Part shown: positions 1-13,359 of the stretch, piece by piece
Position numbering within the stretch: position 1 is the stretch's first letter
Layout: every line of letters begins with the position of its first letter
NCBI GenBank assembly: GCA_030141605.1
Contig: JAQGDQ010000014.1
Location: forward strand, 1,178,001-1,242,000
Source: Tubiluchus corallicola
Lineage: Eukaryota > Animalia > Priapulida
Length of the DNA stretch: 64,000 nucleotides
Direction of reading: 5' to 3'
Notes under the pieces: model-generated
Database searches by the model: none
Told to the model about the DNA's origin: nothing
What the model saw: only the letters and a program-made list of their open reading frames with translations
Made by a program: the position numbers and the translations under genes

Positions 1-1003
1 CTCCTTCTCAGAACAGGGACGGGAAAATACAAATAATAATATGTAACCCCCCAAAAAACTACCGACTATGGAAAAAGTTTGGCCCAAGTTGAGAAATTCA
101 TAAAATGTTCCCGCACGAACGTACCATAAGTGTGTTATTTACAGTACATAAGTGTAACGTATACTGTTCGTGAGTGTACTTTTACCTATAAAAAATTACA
201 GATTACCGTACATAAGTGTACTGTTTACCGTATAAAAGAGTACTGACTGCCATGGTGTACCGTACATAAGTATACTGTTTATAAAAACAGGTAACCTTTT
301 GATAAGATTGGCAGTGGATAAAATGAAAAAAGAAAGGAAGAAACGAAAAAAGCAATTTGAAAAGGCGTTGAAAAAGACATTTTTTAATTTTTTAAAAAAA
401 AGATGAAGAAAAATTCGCGAAGACAAAGAACAGAAAAGCAAACTTCGGAGAGGGGTGTCATAGGAGGGAGGAAGCACGAGAAAAGTAAGAACAGGAAATG
501 AAGTTTGGAGTGTTTATTGAAAGATGCAACTTTAATTAAAACTTTAAAATATAAAATGCTGAAAACATGTTACAAATGTTTCAACTGCAAAGTCTAGCAG
601 TCATTTTCAGTGTGATAGATTAAGCAATGGTTTTTACAGACAGAGCCTACAGTACAGAAATTCACTAATTATGTATTCAAGTGGAAGCCAAAGATGTGAT
701 GAAACAGACATGTGGAAAAAATATATACAGTAAAACTATAGCTAGGTATTTGAAAACAAAGTTAAGGGAATTGAACAACTTTGCACATTACGAGTAGGCT
801 TGTTAGGGTACATGGATAAACTTTCTTTTATTAATTGGTTCTAGTTATTTGTAGCTATGATTACAATGCAGAAATTATGAAAATCAGCCTTGTGGCTAGA
901 GGCACAAATATGGTCATGAATGTCAGATTGAGGAGGATTCCTTAGTTTCTTGCAGTTCTAGACGAAATATCCAGATATCCTCGCATTCTTACTTTCAACA
1001 AAG

Positions 1004-1040
1004 GAAAAGAAAAGAAAAGAAAAGAAAAGAAAAGAAAAAG
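1004..1040. repeat. (GAAAA)n microsatellite
   Basis: Direct tandem GAAAA units; explains the Phe/Leu/Ser-rich ORFs 942..1124 and 958..1209. Confidence 0.9.
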
Positions 1041-1650
1041 AAAGAAGGTGAAAAGAAACGAAACAAAATAAAGAATAGAAAGAGAAACGAAATGCAAGGA
1101 AAACAGAATAGGAAAAAGAAACATGCCACAACGTCCATTTCTTACCCGGAAAAATGATTGCGCCTTGCGCGGTCATAAGACGCTTCGCACTAATCACGGT
1201 TTCAAACAATCGCGTTGTTTAGCGGCTACTACAAATAGCCGCTAGCAAATAAAGGATTCGGGCAGTTCCATTTTAGAGATGTACAAAGAGCATCACTGAA
1301 GCCAATTTTAACTTTCCTTTCTGATTTACCTCGTTCTTTCGTGGTCATTTTTCCTGCATTGTAGTGGCGTGAAGTGAACCCTGTTTCAGAGACCCAGCCT
1401 CTTTCTTGCAGGAGTGGATCGGATTTTACTGAACGGTCTGTAGGTGCAGTCAGCATCCGCAGACAGATATGCTCGCTCGAGTCTTGGATTACTTTTAATT
1501 TGAACAGGCGAGTGACGATAACAAGTTACGGCAGCTGCCAAACAGAGACAATTAATGACAATTAGCCCATATGAGAAACTTGATATGTGAAGAACACAAA
1601 ATTGTAACCCTGTTAGAAGCGTCAGCAGTATCGTAAAGATACATCCCATC

Positions 1651-1757
1651 ACACCATCATACCATCATTCCATCACACCATCATTGCATCGCGTCTTTAC
1701 ACCATCATACCATCATTCCATCACACCATTATTCCATCGCGCCTTCACACCATCACA
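1651..1757. repeat. 48-bp tandem repeat (about 2.2 copies) built from CCATC-like subunits
   Basis: ACACCATCATACCATCATTCCATCACACCAT occurs at 1651 and 1699, with a partial third copy. Confidence 0.8.
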
Positions 1758-4700
1758 CGCGCTAAAATAAAAAAGCAATACATCTGATTTAGACTAGCCT
1801 TTCCGAGTGATTTAACAAAACATCATGTTTTTTACTTTTAGCCTGGATGATTTAAAGATACTGGCTTATTAGGCTGTACCGAATTTATGTGAATATGTTT
1901 ACCATTTTAGCAAATAAGAGTTTGCGTTACCACCTCAAAAAGGAAACATGTCTGTGTTACATTTGCTAAGGATCAAGCCCATACATCATAAGGATCATAT
2001 GTATCAAGCTGATGCAAGCCACAGTAAAAGGCTGCACGATTAAATTAAGCACCGAAGTTGTCTGTTAGCTTAGTAATGTATGGTTCAAAGTGCTAACGCC
2101 TCTTTGTGATCTGGTTTTCGTTTACAGCTTACCGTTTGAAATTCTTCGTTAAGACGCAGCATAATTTTCAGAGGAGCTACATTTTTTCTGCTTGCTAAAT
2201 TGGTCATGTGAACGCTTTGTAAGATGTATGTGAATGAAACTTAAGAAAAACGCTCGGATGCACAATTCACCGAAGCACGCGCGCACGACATATACACACG
2301 TATTATCTTAAATTTATAGCATCTGCAAATATTATTTGTCCCCTGGAGGCATTTTAAAAAAGTCACACGTAAATGCTCTTGTTTGCATTCAGCTTAATTT
2401 CATCCATTATGTAGCACTAATCCACCTAGTTATGAGGAAAATACACAATAATTGCAACTGAAATTTTAATTTTATTATTAACGACACCATTAATTAAGTG
2501 AATTTCACTTTCGAGGAGTAAACTAATTGATTTGACAAACACACGAATACTTAAAGTCGTTCAAAATTTAAAGAAGCGGAAATGAGACGTAAAATTGGGA
2601 CTTTAGTAGGAAAATAAAATAATTTTTTTAAATACAAATTTGTTTTATCATCGCAGTGCAATCGAAACTTACAAACGCAAAACACTTTCCCACAGAGGAG
2701 TACATCAGTTAGTGTTTCTGTTCAGCACACAATAATCAATCAGATACCTATAGGTTAACATACTTAGACAAGTACAAAACCTTTAAAAACATTGATTTAT
2801 GAACGTTTGTTCCTGATTCTATGTTTAGGTTACATGTATAGTTGTTAGCATGCATAATCGTATACTTGATTACATGTACAGTTAATAAGAACAAGTTAAA
2901 AGCTTTAAAATGATTTTTCCACAGTTGTGCAAAAATTTTAAAGTCAGAATCCAGCACTCCCAGGGCAGGTTTCTACTACTAATGTTGACTGGTTATGGGG
3001 AGACCGGAATCTTATCTCTTGTCAAGGATAAGATTACAGGATGAGGAATTGAACAATTGCAGATACATAAATCATGTTCGTGTATGCATATCATCAATAG
3101 CCGAAGACATAATGCTGTTTGAAACCACCAAGAAACTATCTAGAGCTCACCAATCAATTTACGAACCAAGTTAAGTTCTACTAAATTTTCATTGTCAAAT
3201 TTTGTAATCATTTGGGTGTTTGCTCACTAGGAAAGATTTTATGGGCAGAAAGTTTGCTAGAATCGGTAGCGTTATTATTTAGAAGTGTTACTGACACAAA
3301 TTTGATGGCAGAGTATAAAAATATCTAGTTCTTCCTAAAAAAATCAGTGAAATTTCTCAAATACCATTTTTATCTCCATGACTGAAAAATGAAGCAAACT
3401 GTATATATTTCACTAGTGTAAATATTTCTGTTATTTTTGTTGGTGTGGGGGATTACTCGTCGCTCTTCTGACTCTTTCGTATGTGTGTTTTTTGTAGTTG
3501 TATGTTCTATCTTATTGTAATTTCCGTAATTTTAGTCTTACGTTTTAATGTGTATTCTTTCTGCCTTATATATATATAGGGCTTATGCATGCATGTTATA
3601 GAGCTTATACATGCATGTGTGTTTTTATATGGATTTTAAGTCTGAAATAAAAGTGTCACTTGAATTGAATTGACTCGTATCTCACGTACATAGGATGTCT
3701 TCAATTTCCAAGCTATAAACAATCAAAACTATGAAGTAAATAAATACTGTAACAGATAAGTTCTAAAGAGACTGTTAATGCAATCTAGTGAAGCCCACAC
3801 GCTCCAGTCAATCGCAGAGCTATTAGCTTCTCGAAATAACGAAGTGATCCCCCAGTTTAATGAGTGATGATGACGTACCAGTTGGCATGACATTAACTTG
3901 TGATGATAGACTGATTTTCTTTGCTCACACAAGCATTAAAATGGTTGTGGCGTATGACGCTCCGTGCTCATTAATACATATTAAGAGTGCGAGACGATGT
4001 CGCGACCCGTCAAGTATATGTTCAAAAGACGAACCGATCGACTCAATGGTTTCCATGGATAAAAACCGCACAAAAGCCAATTCTCGTAAGAGTGAAGCCC
4101 AATAGCCGCCTGCCCGGGTCTCATTGCTTCAAAATTACCACGTATCTACATTTCAAATTAGGATAGTCACCAGAGAGAATGTTCAGGCATCACGAAACAC
4201 GGCTATCTGTCATTAGACTACAGGCGAATAGAGGTTTTAACAGACGCGAAGGACGTATCCTAAATGAGCTGTAACAGCATTACACCGTTTACTAACAAGC
4301 AGCTCAAAACCAAAACCCAGCTGGATGAACAAATGTAAAATTAATGTCAACGAGGGGAAAGGCTTCCTAGGATATATATCTTGAATAGAATAAATCCACA
4401 TTCATGCATTAACACATTGTTTTAGGATAAGATTTTTAAACTACAAAAAGAAATAACCAAAAGGTAAAAACATGAAAGTGATTTGGATATAGAAATTTTA
4501 TAGAACTGAACTGCATATAATCCTAAACCTTTTCAATCATTTTCAGCATTCATGGCTCACACGCCCATTGAAAATCATCAACTACTTTATTATACCGTAC
4601 AATGTAACTATTATTAGCGCTATTAGTATAGTAGCTTAATACTTATAAGATCTGTACAACTATTGCAATACTTCACTGCTATTAAATTTCAACGTTAGCC

Positions 4701-4980
4701 TCAGGTAAGCTTGCTCATTAGATTAGGCTGAGACAGAATCCAGCATAACTGTGAATAAAGTCTTTATTTAGATTTTAATGCACAGTTTGGCTTGTTCTGC
4801 AACACAATGTTTCCCAAATGGCCCGACATGACTGCCGACATGCAAACTTGGTGACGTATATTATAAAATAGTAAGAGATAATAGTAATTTATTCTTTAAG
4901 GACATAGTCCACATTAGTGTACAATAAAACATACAAAATATAACACATTTCAAAACTACTGCTACCTTTAAAGATTAAAT

Positions 4981-5078
<98 letters not shown>

Positions 5079-5250
5079 GTACTACTACTACTACTACCAC
5101 CACCACCACCACCACCACCACCACCACCACCACCACCGACCACCAACACCACCACCACCACCACCACCACCACCACCACCACCACCACCACCACCACCAC
5201 CACCACCACCACCACCACCACCACCACCACTACCACCACCGCCGCCACCA
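4981..5250. repeat. Compound microsatellite (CTA)n then (CCA)n
   Basis: Pure CTA run switches to CCA at about 5097; source of the poly-V/G/S ORFs. Confidence 0.97.
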
Positions 5251-5737
5251 ACACCACACAACAACCCTGAACATTGTTGACTGCAGTAACAACAACTACT
5301 GAGATATTTAACATATAGGACGCGCCATGATAATGTGCACCACCATAAGCATAAATGAACTGCACCCAAGACGTGCACATCTTTCATATACATGCCATTC
5401 ATTAATTACACGTACACACCCTGGGACACACCTATCAATTAATGTACGTTCTATCAAAATAGCGGTGGTCGTAACACCAAGTCATAAACTATTGTCGTTC
5501 AGAATTAAAATTCATCGAAAGATTTTAACATGGTAAAATCAGCCGTCCACTGGTCGTATAAATTAGAGACCGACATTTTATGAGAGCTTTGACAGATATG
5601 ATAACAATAAATGCAATGTGGCGAACACAATATTTAACACTCAGCGAGTGCAACGATGGCCTGACAGATCCCAATTATGCATTCATATCAGTATCTCAAG
5701 AACGATTACACGTGAATACTGTTACAAAGGCGGCTTA

Positions 5738-6087
5738 TAGTCCGGCAGCCAAGAGCCATTTTTGGCTGAAACTTGCACTTTCCGCAAGTTTTTTCTCAGC
5801 AGTTTTCACATGTTCTGGTGGTCCTTTTTAAGAGTAAAAAGTCCCACTTTTTTAAGTTATTAAGGGTGGCCCTTTGTCAGCCTTGAGCATTTTGGATTTT
5901 GAACAGAAAGAGTTTTAGTGGAAAAAGCATGTGCTATGACATACCAAAACTATTATGATTAGACAAATGAAGCTGATACTGGAGAGGAACTTAATTGGTA
6001 GCTAGTTTTTGACGTGGAGAATTCAAAATTTGGGCTACAATACGTCCATAATGCATTATATGGGTACAGTAGTTTTGGTAATAACTT
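5738..6087 (+). mobile_element. Terminal-arm fragment of an Academ-like DNA transposon family (same family as 56895..60257)
   Basis: Starts TAGTCCGGCAGCC; aligns by eye over about 350 bp to the reverse complement of 59925..60257 and more loosely to 56895..57105. Confidence 0.7.
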
Positions 6088-6405
6088 AAAGGAAACCCTG
6101 ACGCTTGTTTACACTCAATCTCATTTTAATTTACTGTCCCAAACATACATTTTCTTGCCTATAAAAGTTGGTAATTGTTTCTTATATTTGAATAATTAGC
6201 TTAGAAAGTTAATTAATGGCAACCGGACACAGCTATTGCTTACGTCAGAAACTAACCAAAGTTTGTGCAATGGCAGGCATCTCCCTTGCGCGTCAAACAC
6301 GTTTGCGTAAGTGTTACAGTACTGCTTAAACGCGTGATCTCACGAAAATGGGCCCTACGTCATATGACGTCAGAAACTAACACTACAGTTCATGATCATG
6401 GTTAT

Positions 6406-7256
6406 CATTTAAGCCGTTTATAATGCACTGTAAGCTTCACATTGACCGTTAAAAGGGTGCGCCGGAAAAGTGACAATAATAACTGTTTCTCGGCCACGCG
6501 AAGGTGACAAACAGGCGCCGTTGCCAATCTTAGTAGATTCACTGAGCGTGGCTTTGAAAGTTTAGCAAAATTTGTAGCCGAGGCAATTATTATTTAATCT
6601 AAGCTTTAATTTAAAAAAAACTAGTGTAGTTTTCAATATTTTAGAGCATTCCTTATTCTGAACTAACGTTTACGCAATCGTCGGGTTTTCCTTTAATGTA
6701 TATTGCTGGAAATTTTACAGTCAGGGCATTTTTACAAGATTGGCTTCAAGCAGTTTTTCAAGAAGGCTGCATTCATCTGCTGCCCTCTAGTAAGTGTTTT
6801 ATGAAATAAACTGTGCTCCCATTATAACAAAATTCGCTTAAATAAGACGACATTAAGGTAGCCTCTACCATCTGATGTAGTTAAGGCAAATAAATGAAGC
6901 CATTTTTATAGTCATAATCTCCCGGACAATAAAGGACTGGCCTGTGATTTTTTTGCTTAGTACAGTTGCTAGATAGATTAATAAAATGATCCTTTGCTAC
7001 CTAAGTTTTTTGTAGAAAATTTCGTTTACAACTAAAGAAATTGCAAACTGCTGATAATTACAAATTGCACCAGCGTAAAAAAGCGCTAAACGCCAAATAA
7101 TTTTTTTCTATAAAAAAAGATTTTTAAAAGATTTTGATAATAGTTATTATTGTCAGTTTTTCGGCGCACCCACTACACTTGCGTCACACGATTACAGACA
7201 ACCTTCCTTTTAACGGTCAATGTAAAGCTTACAGTGCACTATAAACGGCTTGAATG
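6406..7256. repeat. Inverted repeat pair 6406..6484 / 7142..7256
   Basis: AAGCCGTTTATAATGCACTGTAAGCTTCACATTGACCGTTAAAAGG-GTGCGCCG...GACAATAATAACT recurs in reverse complement, with an extra ~35 bp in the second copy. Confidence 0.8.
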
Positions 7257-8163
7257 TGAAAGGGTCATCCTCCTCTAGTGTACCACTTAATGAGTTTCGA
7301 ATAGAGCAGCCTCTTGCCCATTCTCCCTCTTTACGTGTGCCAATAACTGGTTTCACTTTACAGCTAGGCTTCATTTGTGTGTTTGTCTGTCTGTTTATGC
7401 TCGAGTTATAAAATGCTTGACAGCGTTTACTGGACATTATTGGCTTTTGTGGACGGGTGTGGATTTGCAAGAAATGTTCCTACGCCTTGGACGAAATAAC
7501 AAAGATTCGCATTGCCACCAAGCATTAGTTCATGAGTTTTTTTTGTTTAAAATTTTTTTTGCTGGTTAATCATTTATAATTTAACAGTTTTTTTATCCAG
7601 GTTTGCTTTACTTCTACTTTCTTTATAGCGTACATTGTGAACTGTATAATTCTATACCAGTCTTCCTATGAGCCTTATTTAGCCGTATTACAAACGTCGG
7701 GTGATACAATACTGAAGCAGTTACGAAAGACCGTTTAAAATTTCAACATTTTATCATAAAAAGCCTTAAAATACTAGCACAATTGTTATTATGAGAAGCC
7801 TTCATTTTTTTAATCATATGAACGTATAATTTATAGCAAACTTTCTAAATCCTAAACCTTTTCTAAAACTGTATAAACCTACAACATCGTTTCTCGATCG
7901 TAATTCGTTTACCACACAACGTAACTCCCACTGGACGAAAAATACCCTGGAGATATTTTGTTTAACAACAACATCAAAGAAATCCATGACGTCATAATGA
8001 CGGCTAATGAAGGGGAAAATTAATAGCATTATCCCAAGCTATCTTGTTTCCATAATGTAAAGACACTCTCGGCAATAAATGAATGCCACTCCAGATGACT
8101 AAAATTTAACGGTGGGGGTATAATTAATAAAATAAAACAGAAATTAGTGAAACTAAGTTATAA

Positions 8164-8238
8164 TCCATCCATGCATGCATGCATCCATCCATCCATCCAT
8201 CCATCCATGCATCCATCCATCCATCCATCTATCCATCC
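8164..8238. repeat. (CCAT)n microsatellite
   Basis: Direct tandem units with some GCAT variants. Confidence 0.9.
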
Positions 8239-8761
8239 AAACAAACAAACTTCTATTGACATTTTAAAGGTAATGATGATGATGATGATAATGTTATAAA
8301 GGATTATAAAATTATATGTTATAAGTTACATTAAAGATTGAGGCAAGCAAGGAGAAGGTACGGAAGATGAGGCTTAAGAAAAAGCTGATGATGATGCTGG
8401 AGCCGACTGATGATTAAAGGAGAGGAGATTTTTGGGTAGAATGAAGAAAAAAACGAGAAAGGGTATAATTGCGGAAAAATGCTGAAAAGCACGTAAAAGT
8501 AGATTTTTAACTATGAAGTGTTGAGCAACAGCGTTTGTTCAATGAGTAGAATAAATGGAAAATTCTAGGATGACGGCGATTATTTTTCGGGGTTATAAAT
8601 GAGTACAAATGGCTGCCACAACAACAATGGGCAACACTTCGTCTGATAATAACTTGTGGTGAAGAATCTGACTGTAATAATGCTACTCACTAAAATGAGT
8701 GAAGTCGAGTTTTGAATTTTGCACACATAATTCCCCCGACCATGAAGTGTGACCAGACACG

Positions 8762-8942
8762 ACGTTCCGCTGCTGACTGAAGTCACCACTCTAACACAGT
8801 ATAAGCACCTACTGCGACGTGACACCACGTTCCGCTGCTGACTAAAGTCACCACTCTTACACAGTATAAGCACCTACTGCGACGTGACACCACGTTCCGC
8901 TGCAGACTGAAGTCACCACTCTTACACAGTATAAGCACCTAC
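8762..8942. repeat. 65-bp minisatellite, 2.8 near-identical copies
   Basis: Unit ACGTTCCGCTGCTGACTGAAGTCACCACTC...GACGTGACACC starts at 8762, 8827 and 8892, with no unique spacers. Confidence 0.95.
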
Positions 8943-9454
8943 GTTGACCGGTTTACAAATACATAAAGCTAGAAACAAATTGTCAGGTGAACTTAAGAAG
9001 CAGGAAGTTTAGAAGTTGAGTAAAGTGTCTTATTGTATCTGCAGTTTCCTGTGAGGAACCGAATTTTTATCACCCCTGGATTTGATTAGACGAAGATATT
9101 GAAGTAGGGTTAAGGTGCACTAGACTAGTAATGCTCTGCCTTCTAGTCGATGGATGGCACTACAGGTTTTGCACAATAAATTTCTCTAGTATGATTATAA
9201 TAGCAACCAAATAACGTTGTTACTGAACGTTGTATCTCAACTTGTCCTCAAATAAAATAATTCGGTTAATTATTTTACTCATGGAACCTTATTCTTTGAT
9301 TCAGAATTTGGTTTTACATTAACGTGAAGCAACAGAAATTAACCATGTATAACATTTAATTCAAAGCTTGGTTTGAACCAGAATGCAACAAGCCAGCCAG
9401 TATTTATTTACTTTTTAAACCAAACTTTGAGAGAAAACAAGGCAGCGTGAAAAG

Positions 9455-9529
9455 TCGGAACTGAGTTTGGAGTTGAACCAGGAACAGTCGGATTACAAGT
9501 TCAATGACATTACTAGACCACACAGTCCC
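9455..9529 (-). mobile_element. tRNA-derived SINE head / tRNA pseudogene
   Basis: Minus strand GGGACTGTGTGGTCTAGTAA (A box) ... GGTTCAACTCC (B box) at tRNA-like spacing; cloverleaf degenerate. Confidence 0.55.
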
Positions 9530-10715
9530 TTGTGATCAAAACGCGCGACATTCATTCTAAATTGATCATATGCAGTAATTTTACTGTTTCCGTTGCACAG
9601 AAATAGATTTTAGATCTTTAAGAGAGCAACACGCATTGACTGATAGTAGAAAGCAACATTATTGTTTTCAAGTTACCAGTTGATTAACATTAGTTTCGCC
9701 ATCAAAGGGTTAACGAAAATGTGTATTTTCAACTGAAAATAAAATAACTATTTGTCTAAGATAATGTTCAGTAAATACGCGAGAACAAAAGCAACATGGC
9801 GCATGCAGGCTTCTCCTCGTGGTATACGGTAGTAATGGTCTGCCCACTTGCCAACGTGGTTTCTTAACTTACATCACAGTTTCATCAACAGACGGTGAAA
9901 TTTTGAGATACCAGATCGAACTTTTTAACATGATTGCGTCTGCTTGCATGTGAAAATACCATGTAGTGGTAACTGATTGCTTGGAAGCGCCACGGTAGCA
10001 GCATCAGCTGAGCACACAGATGAGGAGGCTGAGCTGATGAACGATTAGGTGCTTAGCAGCTAGCATCTTGACAGTTAGTGTCTTATCGTGTCATTGCACA
10101 GCCTTCACAATACAATGGCAGATCAGCAACTATTAAAAAACAACTGTAATATGGAATTACGGTGTCAACAGTATACACAAGCGTTAGTATGAAGTTATTG
10201 CACATTTTAAGAAATCAGTAAAAATGTTCTTACAATTTCCGTGAAATCTTACAGAATTTTACCAGTAACTTAAATAATGAGTAGGCTTGTGCACTAAACT
10301 AAAACTTATTTTAAAATGTTCACATCTACCATATAAGTTATATTTTCAACGCCGTTTGTTTTTCTGGTCATTTATGATTATGATTACGATTATGATTATG
10401 GTTACGACCACCGTCAAGGTTTTTATCGCCACTGATTTGTTAGTTGTTTGTTAACAGGAATGTGCAAAAACTACTTTAACAGATTTCCACGAAAACTGTG
10501 TTATAACCTTTGTATAGCCTTATTAGTCGTATAAGCTAACTTCAGCATGTATACATAGTATGCCTGTCAGTCTATATTATAAATGTCAAGAAGGTCAAAA
10601 GAAATGTAGACAAACACTAAGTAGGGTGTTCGTGTACTGTTGATTAGAATTCTGTTTTATGAACAATGCTTTGTGGGTTTTTTCGCTAGTCTATATAATA
10701 ATTAAAGTGTTATAA

Positions 10716-10825
10716 GATAAGATAAGATAAGATAAAATAAGATGAGATGAGATGAGATGAGATGAGGTGAGGTGAGGCGAGGCGAGGCGAGGCGAGGCGA
10801 GGCGAGGCGAGGCGAGGCGAGGCGA
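10716..10825. repeat. Stepwise compound pentanucleotide microsatellite (GATAA)(GATGA)(GGTGA)(GGCGA)
   Basis: Read directly: GATAA x4 plus one AATAA, GATGA x5, GGTGA x2, GGCGA x10. Confidence 0.97.
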
Positions 10826-10833
10826 GAAGAGAC

Positions 10834-11660
10834 ACAGTGTGGTTTGTACGTTCTAATGGAACACGTTTGATACTATGTAGCAGGTCGAGAAGCCAGAGAC
10901 AGGTGGGTATAGCTCTATGATGGAAGTAGCTGGTGCTGGTTTTTAGAGAGCTATGCAGGACTTGAAAGAAAAAACCTAAATGCTGCTATATTCGTTAGTG
11001 ACCAGCATCCAAGTATAACTAAAATTACGAAGTCTGATAAATACAATAAGATTGGGCTCGTCTTTGATGCATGGCATGTCAGCAAGAAAAAATTGCATAG
11101 AGCTTCTCAGAAAAGAGATGAGCGTGTGTTTCACCTATGGTCAAAAAGTATTGGTAATCAATTATAGTGGGCTTCATCGACATGCAACGGTGATGCCGAT
11201 GATTTAGTGAAACGCTTCCAGTCTGCTCTCCAACACTGTATTAATAAACATGCCTGGCACAATTAAACTTCGACTGAGCAAAATTGTGATCATAAAGAGC
11301 TGACATTAGAAGAACAATTTTGTTTCATGTGTTATAAAAAAGTTTTCGTGCGTACGACAGATAAGGAGTTTATTAAAGCAATTAGTAATTGCGTTTTTTA
11401 TTCATAGATCTGCACTAGAAACGTTTCATGACGTTTCACTAAGGCATGCACCAAAGAAACGTTCAAATTTCCGTCCAGAAAACATGCTGATGAGAATTAA
11501 GCTAGCTATGATTGACTACAATATCAACGTGGGCCGTGCTCTGATTGAAAACGTTGGCCATCGTGCAGAAAGGCAACAAAAAATGTTCCACGAAAGAAAT
11601 GTCTATGAAACAAAAGATTACAGATGGTGTAGAGTTTTACTTCGTGAAATATTCCAGACG
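10834..11660 (+). pseudogene. Kolobok-family DDE transposase remnant (stops and frameshifts)
   Basis: Translated pieces QCGLYVLME; ETGGYSSMMEVAG; FVSDQHPSITK; FDAWHVSK; WSKSIGNQL*WASSTCNGD; QHCINKHAW; SALETFHDVSLRHAPK; MRIKLAMIDYNINVGR follow the Kolobok transposase motif order. Confidence 0.8.
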
Positions 11661-13220
11661 TTATGATATTCAGTATTTGTTGAAAGTTGGGCGAGTAAAG
11701 TGTTTTCACTGTTTCAAATGTCAGTAGTTTTAATTACATGTACATAAAAGTTACAAAAAATATGCTAAATTTGATTACCTCCTTGCTTGACATAATTTCT
11801 GACCGTATGTGATGTGTAATCCTGTGAGTCAGCTGAAAACTTCTGATACAGTAGCGTTTCTGTGTGTTTTACCGCATACGATGTGTATTCTTGAAAATGC
11901 TGCTGCGCTAGAGATGCCACTGATGTCATTCGAAAACTAAAACGGCTAGTTTCTGCTGCACAAAACTTTTCGTCGATTTTTAAATATGTTATCAGCTGTC
12001 TAAAGTGTATTAGACGACCAATCATATTTTGCCTTCAGCGCTGCTTTAATGATCCATTTGTTTCTTGTTAATTCAGGTTTTTTGTACATTTTAGGCTTTA
12101 AAAAATTTAGCAATTGCAAAACTAGAAAGACTTTGAGTATAATTACTTGTAGAAAGCTATCTACCACCTGCACTTTTAACTTATTTGCACATATTTGTAT
12201 ACATGTATTCTGCACTTTTAACTGTAGTTTTATTGTTTATACATTGCCGATATGTTTTACGATGTTTTAATGGACATATAAGTCTTTATCTTCTGTTCAT
12301 AGATGCATTATAAATAAATAAATTAACACATAATAAATAAATAAAGGAATAAAGAAGCAAAATAAAGATATAATGATTCACACTACAGAATATGCATAGA
12401 AAAAATTGCTGCGTAATACTAATGGAAAGCAACGGTTCCGCCGATCAAAGTTTCAAAAATTAAATGTTGCTTGATAGAAGCAAATCTGAGATTGAGAAAA
12501 CTGTTTGCTTCAAAACACTGCACACGAAGAAAAATACGAAACGAAAGCAGAAATAGCTGAAAACAGCCATTTAGCATTTCACTAATTTCATTATTACATT
12601 TAGTTGCGCATGGTCGTGTGTTTGCTAGCGCCGCTTCGCCACCACCTACCGGAATAATCCAGCACTATAGCCTTACTTTATATGCATAACCTAATGACTA
12701 ATTATTGCTTTGAAAACACCGTCGATTACGGTAAGTAACTTGTGTTAATGATTACAAAAACTAAGACAAAACTGATTTTATGGTCTAACCTACCTTAACG
12801 ACCCGTAAATGTTATAATTACGAAGATCAATTGGTTGAAAATTCATCACAAACCACTAAATCCACTTCACACAAAAAACAGAGATTTTCTGCGATAACCA
12901 GTTTCGTTACTTTCTAGATCAATAATTCGCCATCAGCCGGTAAAATGGTTTATTTTTAGTGCGCCGTTAGGTAGAGGTTACATTCTGAGCTGAAAAGTGT
13001 TGAGATTTTTTTAGTTAGAAAGGAAGTATCCTGGATTTCTGGATGTAGTACGTGCGAAGACATCAAAATTCTGGCGGGTCATTAATCCTCATACGTGACT
13101 ATATAATACTGAATACGGGCAAGTCGCGTTTGGTAAGGGCGTTACGCGATGGAAGACACTTTCTCCAATAAAATGTAGATGATCTATAAAAATATGTGTT
13201 ATGTGCCTGTATAATATATA

Positions 13221-13353
13221 TGGATGGATGGATGGATGGATGAAAACAAAGAAAGAAAGATTGATGGATGGATGGATGGATGGATGGATGGATGGATGGA
13301 TGGATGGATGGATGGATGGATGGATGGATGGATGGATGGGTGATTGGATGGAT
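13221..13353. repeat. (GGAT)n microsatellite
   Basis: Direct tandem units; source of the MDGW/HPSI ORFs. Confidence 0.95.
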
Positions 13354-13359
13354 GTTCGT

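Larger units (their letters stand above)
9114..12794 (+). mobile_element. Degenerate Kolobok DNA transposon
   Basis: TTAA|GGTGCACTAGAC at 9110 and GGTCTAACCTACC|TTAA at 12798 (imperfect short TIRs, TTAA TSD) enclose a Kolobok-type transposase remnant. The left boundary could instead be 6857. Confidence 0.6.

Noticed and set aside
196-477. 93-aa Phe/Leu-rich minus-strand ORF
   Set aside because: Antisense of A-rich low-complexity sequence plus short GTACATAAGTGTAC repeats; no protein features.
1330-1348. Possible minus-strand first exon MTTKER with GAG|GTAAAT donor
   Set aside because: No convincing downstream exon inside the window; too short to support.
8762-8942. Regularly spaced repeats suggestive of a CRISPR array
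   Set aside because: Units are contiguous and near-identical with no unique spacers, there are no cas genes, and the context is eukaryotic.
9455-9529. Functional tRNA gene
   Set aside because: A and B boxes are present, but the acceptor and D stems do not pair properly; treated as a SINE head or pseudogene.
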